Origin: a virus
DNA length: 29,146 nucleotides
Strand: one strand, 5' to 3'
Virus record (IMG/VR): IMGVR_UViG_3300045988_180091
Location: 1 to 29,146 of that record
In this document: positions 1-7,587 of the stretch, in pieces
Numbering within the stretch: position 1 is the first letter of the stretch
How the letters are laid out: every line of letters starts with the position of its first letter
Translations under genes and position numbers: made by a program
The notes under the pieces: generated by a model
The model's database searches: none
What the model saw: the letters and a program-made list of their open reading frames with translations, nothing else
Told to the model about the DNA's origin: nothing

Positions 1-34
1 TTTATATTCTCCTCTTCCGGCATATGAAGCCGGT

Positions 35-376
35 TTATTCCTTCGTTTCGTTTTTTAGCTGCCGCTGCCGTTCTGCAAGTTCTTTGCCGCGTCTGACCAG
101 TTCCGCATATTGCTCTTCAGTCAACTTGCGAGGCGGCTTGATTTTGACCCATTTCTTGGGCATATCTGCCTCCATACACCAGTCCTCATCCCGCGTGATT
201 TTAACAGCATCAGGGTACTCTTTGGCAAGCTCTTTTAGCTGTTCCATACGAGCTTTGTTGCAGGTGTAGTAGGATGCTTTCTTCTCCGCATCATTGAATG
301 TGATGATGGTTTCGCGTTCCCAGGGTCCATCAGATGCCTGCGTGGCCACTTTTTTATCGGGCATGATTTTTTTCAC
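35..376 (-). CDS. conserved small hypothetical protein (113 aa; true start may be the internal Met, MPDKK)
   Basis: Intact ORF in the dominant strand; composition looks like a real protein. Confidence 0.6.
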   Translation of the reverse strand: MKKIMPDKKVATQASDGPWERETIITFNDAEKKASYYTCNKARMEQLKELAKEYPDAVKITRDEDWCMEADMPKKWVKIKPPRKLTEEQYAELVRRGKELAERQRQLKNETKE

Positions 377-377
377 C

Positions 378-593
378 TCAATCGAATAAAATTGCCGACA
401 TAGCAGGGCCTTCGCAGATATACCCGCTCGCCTCGGCCCATTTCGGCGTCATGAGCTTGCCATTTGCTTTCACAAGCACCATCTTCCGAGCAGAGGTATT
501 CAGGAATTCCGCCGGAGCCCAGTTATTTCGCACAACGACGACAGCATCGTCGTCCGCGTTCTCAAGCATATGCTTCAGCTCTTTTACCGTCAC
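378..593 (-). CDS. hypothetical protein (71 aa)
   Basis: ORF abutting the previous gene in operon-like spacing. Confidence 0.5.
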   Translation of the reverse strand: MTVKELKHMLENADDDAVVVVRNNWAPAEFLNTSARKMVLVKANGKLMTPKWAEASGYICEGPAMSAILFD

Positions 594-597
594 CGTG

Positions 598-894
598 TCA
601 CCTCCCGTTCAACACATCATCCAGTGCCTGCAAGAAAACTCTGGATTCCTCATTGATTCCGCCGCGACACAGAACTTTCGCAATATCATCAAATCTTACC
701 AGGTACATATTTTCTTCACCCATATACCCTTGCGGCCAGGGAACCGCATAGTAGTTGTGCGGAAAAGAACTTGTGTCATAGCCGACCACAATATATTTCT
801 GGTCTGCAACATTTTTCACCGTCAGGATAGTCCCAAGCGGTAACGCGTCTTTCATGGAATGAGTAGTTGCAGGCATGATTCTCTGAATTTTCAA
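598..894 (-). CDS. hypothetical protein (98 aa), possible TTG start
   Basis: ORF preceded by GGGAGGTG and promoter-family member at 916-943. Confidence 0.55.
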   Translation of the reverse strand: MKIQRIMPATTHSMKDALPLGTILTVKNVADQKYIVVGYDTSSFPHNYYAVPWPQGYMGEENMYLVRFDDIAKVLCRGGINEESRVFLQALDDVLNGR

Positions 895-915
895 AACAGC
901 ACCTCCCTAATTTTC

Positions 916-943
916 ATTTTATGAGAGTCGCACATTTGCGCAA
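916..943 (-). promoter_or_regulatory. promoter family member: TTGCGC-AAATGTGCGACTCTCA-TAAAAT
   Basis: -35/-10 with 16-nt spacer and conserved internal TGCGA, directly before a gene. Confidence 0.65.
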
Positions 944-954
944 GGAAACTGAAA

Positions 955-985
955 ACAAAAAAAGCGGCCGCTCCAAAAGGAACGA
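955..985 (-). terminator. intrinsic terminator-like hairpin GCGGTCGTTCC-TTTT-GGAGCGGCCGC + T tract
   Basis: Read on minus strand: imperfect GC-rich stem followed by TTTTTTT. Confidence 0.6.
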
Positions 986-1261
986 CCGCAAAGATACGAG
1001 TCAGATATTATTCATGGGAATCAGCTCTCCTGAAATCAGAAAGTTGATTCTCAGTGGAACACTGCACGAAAGGAATTCCCTTGCGCGGATTCACAAAAAC
1101 GTCTGTGGTCGCAAACGCATTGCCAAAATCCATAAATTTTGTGCGCAGGGTACACCGTCTATAGTCGCTTGCGACTTAGGCGGCGAGGAATGCGCTGACT
1201 AAGAGTATATTTGAGGTACACTCAGTAAATGCAAATACCCTATGTCTCCTTTCTTGAGTTT

Positions 1262-2659
1262 TTAAGATACTTTATCCCACGCAGAGCGCATGGGGCTTAT
1301 CGTTTTAATAATTTTCAGCTTTTTAAGGCTTGTGGATTTTTTACCGCTTTTTGATGGCGTTTTGAATTCTACGTTTACAGAACCATTCTTTTTGGTATGA
1401 GTGCCATGGACAGTAAGAATTTCCCCGTTGAGAGAAACCAAATCACCGGGATTGAGGGCCACTTTCTTGCGACGTAGCGCACGATAGCCTTTACGAATCC
1501 TTTTTCCACGGTATTTGTGCAAATTTTCAGAATCCTTTTTATGGCTGCGGTTGATTCTACCGTTGAAGAGCTCTTTTCCAGTAGCTATTTCTCCTGTACG
1601 AATGTCAATGTAGCGAGAATCATAAAACTTTTCAAGGATGCGATTATTACGCCTTACCTTTTCATAATGTTCAAACGTACAGCGGCAGTTTGGATGAAAC
1701 TCGCCCATTGCATACGCATCGTTGTTATGACTCTTTTCAAGATGAAGGGCAATTCGCTTTTCCTTGGTCATCGCGCCATAAGTGAATGTGACGAACGGCT
1801 TTCCAAAAGCAGCGTAAAGTTCATTAACGATTTGCCAGCGTACAGTGTTCATAAATGCTGCACCAGAAAGGTTGGCAAACTTTATATCTTCACCGAATCC
1901 ATAGAGCTTGCCGCCTTTTTGATGGTTAGCTGGTGTATGGCACTTCTCGCATACTGTTATAAGCTCGCTGAGACTATTGTCATGGCGACCTTTCCAATAA
2001 AACATGTGATGCACGTGCAAAATTGCACCTTCACTGGCTTCGCGCCCACAAACTTGGCAGGTGTAGTTATCACGGTAGAATACTGCTTCCCGCAAGGTTG
2101 CTAAATTGTAGCGAGGGCCTTTTTGATAATCTGCGCCTTCTGGTGTAGCTTTACCTTCCTCGATTGCTTTTACAAGCATTGTGTCGAAAGAACCAACTTC
2201 AACGGTTGCATGCGTAATAGGCACAACTTCGCAATACATTTTAATGACATTGACGTTGAGTTCTTTCTTATGTTTAAGAGAGGGTGCAAGCCAGCCTTTG
2301 TCACGTTTGCGGTTGTCAAAGCGCTTTTGGCGGTAACGTAGCCTGTTTCTGCGAGTTCGGCGCATTCTACGGCAAGCATCGTGACAGCTTTTCTCGTCTT
2401 GCAATGTATCATACTGTGCAGATACATACTCGTGAGATTGGCTTTTCACACTGATGCCGATGTAGTTGTAACCGACGTCCTCACAGATTTCAATGGGTTG
2501 AATATTCGTTTCGCTGTCATACAGTAACTGAATAGTAAATGGATGATGCTTAATGATTTTTGCTTTTCCGTCTTTCAGAAGATGGCATACCTTGCCAAGA
2601 CGGATAGTCGGCATCAGGCGTTCGCCATTCTTACTGAGAACACAAGCGCAAGTGCTCAT
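1262..2659 (-). CDS. iscB: IscB-family RNA-guided nuclease (RuvC + arginine-rich bridge + HNH)
   Basis: N-terminal 'NGERLMPTIRLGKVCHLLKDGKAKIIKHHPFTIQL' (PLMP-like/RRXRR), RuvC-I-like 'EDVGYNYIGISV', Arg-rich 'CRRMRRTRRNRLRYR', RuvC-II-like 'ATVEVGSFD', HNH 'HVHHMFYWKGRHDNSLSELITVCEKCH', RuvC-III-like 'KSHNNDAYAMG'. Confidence 0.9.
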   Translation of the reverse strand: MSTCACVLSKNGERLMPTIRLGKVCHLLKDGKAKIIKHHPFTIQLLYDSETNIQPIEICEDVGYNYIGISVKSQSHEYVSAQYDTLQDEKSCHDACRRMRRTRRNRLRYRQKRFDNRKRDKGWLAPSLKHKKELNVNVIKMYCEVVPITHATVEVGSFDTMLVKAIEEGKATPEGADYQKGPRYNLATLREAVFYRDNYTCQVCGREASEGAILHVHHMFYWKGRHDNSLSELITVCEKCHTPANHQKGGKLYGFGEDIKFANLSGAAFMNTVRWQIVNELYAAFGKPFVTFTYGAMTKEKRIALHLEKSHNNDAYAMGEFHPNCRCTFEHYEKVRRNNRILEKFYDSRYIDIRTGEIATGKELFNGRINRSHKKDSENLHKYRGKRIRKGYRALRRKKVALNPGDLVSLNGEILTVHGTHTKKNGSVNVEFKTPSKSGKKSTSLKKLKIIKTISPMRSAWDKVS

Positions 2660-2973
2660 GCAAGGTACTCCTTTCGTATAATAGTTGTAAATCGATAAGT
2701 CAGGGCTTGCGCCCTGTGGTCCACATCGCCAATGTTGTTATACCGTTTTAGCCTTTCGACATGACGTTCGCACTTCTCCTACCCTTAGAGATGTTTAACG
2801 AGCCGTCCGCAGTGCTTACCACTTGTGGAGCATGAGTAAGGTGCCTATATTATTAGTACACAACGTAGTTTCCTGCCGCCGGAGTAGCAGACTTAGGCTA
2901 ACCAACCGGGCTTACGGGTTGCCCTGCAAGCCCCATCTATAACCAGCGGACTGGTTAAGGCGGGGTTGTTGAC
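2660..2973 (-). ncRNA. candidate omegaRNA of IscB copy 1 (~314 nt scaffold)
   Basis: Noncoding region directly upstream of iscB; blocks shared with copy 2 incl. ACCAG/CTGGT vs ACCGG/CCGGT covariation and GGGC-GCAA-GCCC hairpin. Confidence 0.75.
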
Positions 2974-3037
2974 GCAAACCAATCCGATTCATCCTGGCCC
3001 TGCTCACCATAAAGATGAATAACAGGTGCCGGAATAA

Positions 3038-3109
3038 TCAAAGCACGATACTCGTGCGTTTTGCACTGTTGTACAGCTTGTACTTGTAAGTTTTAACAAC
3101 CATGCGCAT
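3038..3109 (-). pseudogene. tnpB: TnpB N-terminal remnant: MRMVVKTYKYKLYNSAKRTSIVL*
   Basis: Translated by hand from minus strand; resembles TnpB N-termini (M-VKTYKY-LY); preceded by GGAGG; stops after 23 aa. Confidence 0.65.
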
Positions 3110-3145
3110 AAATAGCGTCCTCCTTTCATTTGAGCTCTACTATTC

Positions 3146-3173
3146 ATGATAGGCAATTCGCAAGCACAGGCAA
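3146..3173 (-). promoter_or_regulatory. promoter family member: TTGCCT-GTGCTTGCGAATTGCC-TATCAT
   Basis: 16-nt spacer with TTGCGA in the same register as other members. Confidence 0.55.
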
Positions 3174-3178
3174 ACAAA

Positions 3179-3202
3179 AGCTGCCTATCCGAAGATAGAC
3201 AG
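3179..3202. terminator. GCTGcCTATC-cgaa-GATAGaCAGC hairpin (UUCG tetraloop on minus strand)
   Basis: Near-perfect 10-bp stem; T-rich on both sides. Confidence 0.5.
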
Positions 3203-3231
3203 CAACTATTTTTTTACTTAGACACCTTTCA

Positions 3232-3252
3232 CCCCACGACTAAAGTCGTAGA
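3232..3252 (-). mobile_element. solo IS605/TnpB-like end palindrome (ACGACT..AGTCGT, followed by GTGGGGTGAAAGG)
   Basis: Palindrome plus flank shared with the hairpin at 3371-3390. Confidence 0.45.
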
Positions 3253-3370
3253 GCTTCTGGCTAACTTTTATAGCGATACAAATGCGTTAAGCACATATGA
3301 ATCATTACAACATGAATGTGTCAATTCTGATTGTTACCCTCAGAATGTTTCTTTAGTGTTGGCCTTTCAC

Positions 3371-3390
3371 CCCACGGTTGAAACCGTGGG
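3371..3390 (-). mobile_element. solo IS605/TnpB-like end palindrome CCCACGGTT-GA-AACCGTGGG
   Basis: 9-bp perfect inverted repeat, same 3' flank GTGGGGTGAAAGG. Confidence 0.5.
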
Positions 3391-3459
3391 CTTTCCCAGC
3401 CTTCATTTTGTAAAAGTCAGGAGCTTACCGTGTTCGCCTTGGATGTAGAGTTTCATGGC

Positions 3460-4032
3460 TTACTTTTCCTCCTTTTTCTTGTCGGCGTTCAGAATCTTTT
3501 CCAGAACGTCGTTATAAAAATCGTCAAGGAACAGACCGGTTTCTTCATCCGCTTCCGGAGCAGTGAAAACACCGTCTCCTTCAGCTGAATCCTGTACAGC
3601 GTCGAAGACACCGACTGCGCCCCAAAGCTCATCGGCCAGATGGTCATAGCCGAGGTCCTTTACTTTTGCCGAGAGGTCAATCAGCAGCATTTTCTGCCGA
3701 AAGAACTTGTTCATATCCAAGCCAATGTAGGGTTTCGCTGCAACATTGTTTTTCTGAGACTTTACTTTGAAAATGCCCCAGTCAAAGTTGCTGTCTGCGC
3801 CGTACATATACCCGGACGCAAGGCAGAAACCGTCTGCTGCACTGTCCTCAACGTTGATACCGACTTCATAATCGCTGCCGGAATCCTCGTCAAGGTCAAT
3901 CGCATAACCTGTTGCCTTTTCGTACTCTGCCTCAACGTCAGTTTTCATGGCTGCCAGTAGAGCGTTGAAATCGGTATTCTGGGAAAGCAAGTTCATGCTT
4001 TCGCCTTCCTGGTTTTTAATGAGAATGTACAT
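3460..4032 (-). CDS. acidic hypothetical protein (190 aa)
   Basis: Intact ORF, long, minus strand; likely internal start near MNLLSQNTDF. Confidence 0.6.
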   Translation of the reverse strand: MYILIKNQEGESMNLLSQNTDFNALLAAMKTDVEAEYEKATGYAIDLDEDSGSDYEVGINVEDSAADGFCLASGYMYGADSNFDWGIFKVKSQKNNVAAKPYIGLDMNKFFRQKMLLIDLSAKVKDLGYDHLADELWGAVGVFDAVQDSAEGDGVFTAPEADEETGLFLDDFYNDVLEKILNADKKKEEK

Positions 4033-4051
4033 AGTATTTACCTCCTAACAA

Positions 4052-4300
4052 TCAAATCATGCTATCAGACAATTTGTCGATAGCTGCCGTGATGGCTTCG
4101 TTTTCCATCTGAGCAATACGCTCAGACAGATGAGACCAGTCGATGGCATCATAGACACGCTTGACAAACGCATCATAGGTGCCACCGGCCTTCATCATTT
4201 CAATTTCAGACTCATAGCAGCCGGACTCCTCAAGTATGAACTTGATATCGTCGGTTGGGTTGATTTGTATTGTTGCTTCGTACTCATTCATGGCTGTCAC
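4052..4300 (-). CDS. hypothetical protein (82 aa)
   Basis: ORF overlapping next gene by 4 nt. Confidence 0.55.
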   Translation of the reverse strand: MTAMNEYEATIQINPTDDIKFILEESGCYESEIEMMKAGGTYDAFVKRVYDAIDWSHLSERIAQMENEAITAAIDKLSDSMI

Positions 4301-4872
4301 CCTGCCTTTCTCTCATTGCGAGCCATATGCAGCGCATAATCAAGCGCGTCAGGGTCATCGGCCAAGAATTTCGTTTTCTGAAGTGTACCAAGCTTGGGAT
4401 GCTTCAGAATCGTATAGTTGCCATTGTTCTGGACAAGGGAACCTTTATCATAGACAAGCTCGACCTTTTCGGCAGGTACTGCGTAACGGCGAATGCGGTC
4501 ACATTCATCCGCATAGTTGATGGGAGTGATATAGCCAACTGGCTTTTGTCCTTCCATCCCTGTCACAGTGACCAGAAAAGCCTTAATGGTCCGGGCTTCT
4601 TCCTCTTCCTGCTCATCATAGTATTTGAACGTGATGAACATGGGAGTATCTTTCTTGTATGCATCTTCCTCAGGGCAGAGATACGTTCCACAAGAGCGGC
4701 AGAACCAGAGCATCGATACGGGCTTTCCAGTTTCCTGCGCTTCTTTTGCATAGCGCTTAAAAATCTTTATGTCCAGCTTGAAATCCTCGGTGTAATGCTC
4801 AACCGTGCTTTTCACGATGAGTTTCAGAAAATTACAGATGGAAATAGCGGTCATAGTCATATTGGAAGTCAT
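4297..4872 (-). CDS. hypothetical protein (191 aa) with CXXC pair (CRSCGTYLC)
   Basis: Intact ORF. Confidence 0.6.
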   Translation of the reverse strand: MTSNMTMTAISICNFLKLIVKSTVEHYTEDFKLDIKIFKRYAKEAQETGKPVSMLWFCRSCGTYLCPEEDAYKKDTPMFITFKYYDEQEEEEARTIKAFLVTVTGMEGQKPVGYITPINYADECDRIRRYAVPAEKVELVYDKGSLVQNNGNYTILKHPKLGTLQKTKFLADDPDALDYALHMARNERKAG

Positions 4873-4889
4873 AATAAAAATCTCCTTTT

Positions 4890-5909
4890 TTAGTCAGCCA
4901 TGACCTTGGAAACATTCATGTCATAGCGGTTGAATTTAGAAATATAGTCAAAAATGGTATTTACTTGAGCTTTTGTTGCGGTTTTGGTCTCATCCATATC
5001 GAGGAACGGATTTCCCATCGAAGGATTACGAATGGCAATCCAACCGCGTTTATATAGGAAATCGAGGCCCTTGCCGCTCCAGTCATACGCCATATTGAGA
5101 ACTTCATGGTCAGAAAGACCAAACGTTTCTCGATTGCGCATGATGATGCGGCCAGCCAGGGCAGCGTGCTCGCCAAACTCGCAGGCATACCAGGTGCCAT
5201 CGGGAGCAATCAGACCATATTCGGTCAGCTGATGCTGAATGGGTCTATCACTGATATAGCTGTTGTACAGTCGCTGACGGCGTTCAACGGATGTGCCTTT
5301 CATGTTTGCTTCAATCCAAGAGGCAAGCTTGGTCCAAAAATCGGTTTTGTAGAATTCCGGGTTGGATTCCTGCTCAGGAAGCGGTTCTCCATTGAATTCT
5401 GCAACAAGGTCTGGGTGGGTAAAAAGCCATGCACCGTTGTTGAATGCATCAGAATAACCCGTTTTCCCATAGAGGAAGCACTTGATACCGTCATAGCTGC
5501 AATCGATATAATGATGTTTTGCATTGGTGCAGAGCGTTTCATAGCTATCAGTCATAGCAAAGCGGTCAACATAATTGAGCGGATGTGCAATCATATCCTC
5601 ACGAATTTGATTGACCAGCATCTTGTGTTGAAGCTCCTCAACCTTCTGCCCGAGGGAACGAACATGAACATTGTCATCGACAAGTTCAAACTCATTGACA
5701 CCAACAAGTTTTTTCCGGCCTTCGATAATGTCCTGGCAAACATGCCTTTTTTCTTCCTCGTTGCCACCCATCATGCAGGAGAGCAGCAGCTCCTCACACT
5801 TTTTATACGGCTTGTCCATATTCCAGAACCAGTCACGTGCAATGGCGGTGAGGAACTCACCATCCATACTGAAATGTAGTTGTTCACCCATGTTGGGTAA
5901 CCTCCCCAA
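4890..5909 (-). CDS. hypothetical protein (339 aa)
   Basis: Long intact ORF. Confidence 0.65.
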   Translation of the reverse strand: MGRLPNMGEQLHFSMDGEFLTAIARDWFWNMDKPYKKCEELLLSCMMGGNEEEKRHVCQDIIEGRKKLVGVNEFELVDDNVHVRSLGQKVEELQHKMLVNQIREDMIAHPLNYVDRFAMTDSYETLCTNAKHHYIDCSYDGIKCFLYGKTGYSDAFNNGAWLFTHPDLVAEFNGEPLPEQESNPEFYKTDFWTKLASWIEANMKGTSVERRQRLYNSYISDRPIQHQLTEYGLIAPDGTWYACEFGEHAALAGRIIMRNRETFGLSDHEVLNMAYDWSGKGLDFLYKRGWIAIRNPSMGNPFLDMDETKTATKAQVNTIFDYISKFNRYDMNVSKVMAD

Positions 5910-5912
5910 TTG

Positions 5913-6443
5913 TTATGTGTTGTTCTCGACAAAGTCTTCGCATTCCTCGCTGGTCAAAACCACGCCGAAATAGGCAACACGCTTGACGGTGGTTTCCCAC
6001 ACGCGAACGGTGCGTGCCATTGGCTGAACGACCCAGGAATGACAGCGCCAGAGCCCGTCTTCGGAAAGAGCATAGCCCGTTGCAATAAAGCACCGGTCTT
6101 TGTTTTTATACCAAAGCCGTGCAGAATTGTAATGGCACTGGCAATCCTGGCCTTTCCTCATATAGCTGCTGCCATAAAAAAACCGGCCGCGTTTGAGGAT
6201 TTTTGGGGCGTCTTCGTCAAATTCCGTCATGCAGACTTCATCCCCGCCAAATGTGAGGATTTTGTCATGCAGCTTCTTCATAGCATCGAGCGTTTGAGTA
6301 TCGAAACCAGAAGAGGTGTTGTAAATCTGGCTTTTGGTAAGCCGCATTTTCCAATCCTCGTTCATTGGGTTCCAATGAATCGGCGCGGACATCTGGTCAG
6401 GGGTCGTAATAGGTTTCAGACTGTTCCAGCCTTTCGTGCTCAT
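5913..6443 (-). CDS. hypothetical protein (176 aa)
   Basis: Intact ORF, operon-like spacing. Confidence 0.6.
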   Translation of the reverse strand: MSTKGWNSLKPITTPDQMSAPIHWNPMNEDWKMRLTKSQIYNTSSGFDTQTLDAMKKLHDKILTFGGDEVCMTEFDEDAPKILKRGRFFYGSSYMRKGQDCQCHYNSARLWYKNKDRCFIATGYALSEDGLWRCHSWVVQPMARTVRVWETTVKRVAYFGVVLTSEECEDFVENNT

Positions 6444-7024
6444 TCCAACCCCTCCTCACGAGAACGCAAGCAACTCAGAATCTTTGAGTGCAGTTGATAG
6501 CGATTATCGCCGCTTGGCACGGAGTTACCGAGGTTTTTGGATACGAGAAGTTCGTCGAACGCCTTCAAAATTTTAGAAGTAATGACCGGCTTTCCCTGCG
6601 CACTCATGTGACTCAGCCAGAACTCGACATCCTCAACGAGATGCCAATATTCCATGCCGTACAGCATCGCGCCGCTTTCATTGTCTTTCCGTTCCCGCTC
6701 CTCATCTGCATCATCGCAAACGATGCAAATACCGTTTTCGTCGAGATAGTTCTCGAAGACGTCGCAGATATCGAAGGCAACAGAACGGATATCGGAATTC
6801 ACCTTCACCTCAGGTTCATGCTGGACGGCTTCAACTTTGTACTCGATACTGTTGTGACGAAGTGACTCTTCGATACCATCAAAAACGATGTCCGCGTAGT
6901 CTTTATCATCCCGACACGCTTCGAAAATGTTTTTGACGGATTCGATTGCCTCTTTGGAATCGGAGCTTCCCTCAACAGAGAACTCCAAAGGAACCAAGGC
7001 AACAACTTTGTATTTATTCTTCAT
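6440..7024 (-). CDS. hypothetical protein (194 aa)
   Basis: Intact ORF overlapping neighbour by 4 nt. Confidence 0.6.
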   Translation of the reverse strand: MKNKYKVVALVPLEFSVEGSSDSKEAIESVKNIFEACRDDKDYADIVFDGIEESLRHNSIEYKVEAVQHEPEVKVNSDIRSVAFDICDVFENYLDENGICIVCDDADEERERKDNESGAMLYGMEYWHLVEDVEFWLSHMSAQGKPVITSKILKAFDELLVSKNLGNSVPSGDNRYQLHSKILSCLRSREEGLE

Positions 7025-7036
7025 GATTTTTTCTCC

Positions 7037-7207
7037 TTAGTTTAACAGGATGCCGCAGCATTTGTTCAAGGCAAGTGCGCTTGCAGCGAGAGCAGCAACC
7101 TTCTCAAAGGTAATGCTCTCCGCAATTGCACAGCCACTCATAACAATGAGCAGAACAGCTGCCACAGCAGATACTATTACTATCTGACTCTTGATGCCGG
7201 TTTTCAT
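7037..7207 (-). CDS. small membrane/lipoprotein-like peptide (56 aa) MKTGIKSQIVIVSAVAAVLLIVMSGCAIAESITFEKVAALAASALALNKCCGILLN
   Basis: Hand-translated; absent from the ORF track (below its size cut-off); hydrophobic N-terminus with weak lipobox (VMSGC). Confidence 0.45.
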   Translation of the reverse strand: MKTGIKSQIVIVSAVAAVLLIVMSGCAIAESITFEKVAALAASALALNKCCGILLN

Positions 7208-7234
7208 GAGCTTTTTCTCTTTCTGTTTATGCCC

Positions 7235-7570
7235 TTATCGGAGCATATCAATGATTTTTCCAACCAACTCATCATTGGTCACGAACTGATTACGTCCTTT
7301 TGCACCGAGCGATACAGAGGAGTAATCTTTCATACTGGCGGCATAGCGAACCAGGTTCTTGTCAGACAAGGGCTGATAGCAACTCTTTTCGGTGCTGACG
7401 TAAACGCACTTATTGTTGAGAACGTTCTGAATGTGGCCTGAGCAGCCAACACGCTTACCGTTGATGATGATGTTGTGTAGGTTATGGGTTAGCATAAGGT
7501 CTTTGCTTTCGGTTTCTTTTACCTTTAACTGGTTCAAGAGTTTTCGGGACAGATAAACGGTTGCTTTCAT
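7235..7570 (-). CDS. hypothetical protein (111 aa)
   Basis: Intact ORF preceded by AGGAGG. Confidence 0.55.
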   Translation of the reverse strand: MKATVYLSRKLLNQLKVKETESKDLMLTHNLHNIIINGKRVGCSGHIQNVLNNKCVYVSTEKSCYQPLSDKNLVRYAASMKDYSSVSLGAKGRNQFVTNDELVGKIIDMLR

Positions 7571-7587
7571 TGTGATTTCCTCCTAAT

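Larger units (their letters stand above)
1144..2973 (-). mobile_element. IscB-encoding IS200/IS605-superfamily element, copy 1 (no tnpA); boundaries +/- 3 nt
   Basis: Left boundary where similarity to copy 2 stops (GTCAACAACCCC...), right-end palindrome AGTCGC-TT-GCGACT, and in-frame rejoining of the flanks when the element is removed. Confidence 0.8.

Noticed and set aside
3146-3448. Plus-strand 100-aa ORF
   Set aside because: Covers a promoter, a terminator-like hairpin and two transposon-end palindromes, so coding is unlikely.
4270-4893. Plus-strand ORF of 207 aa and similar long plus ORFs (26317..27195, 27442..28443, 17992..18366)
   Set aside because: All lie antisense to better-supported minus-strand genes with RBS and operon spacing.
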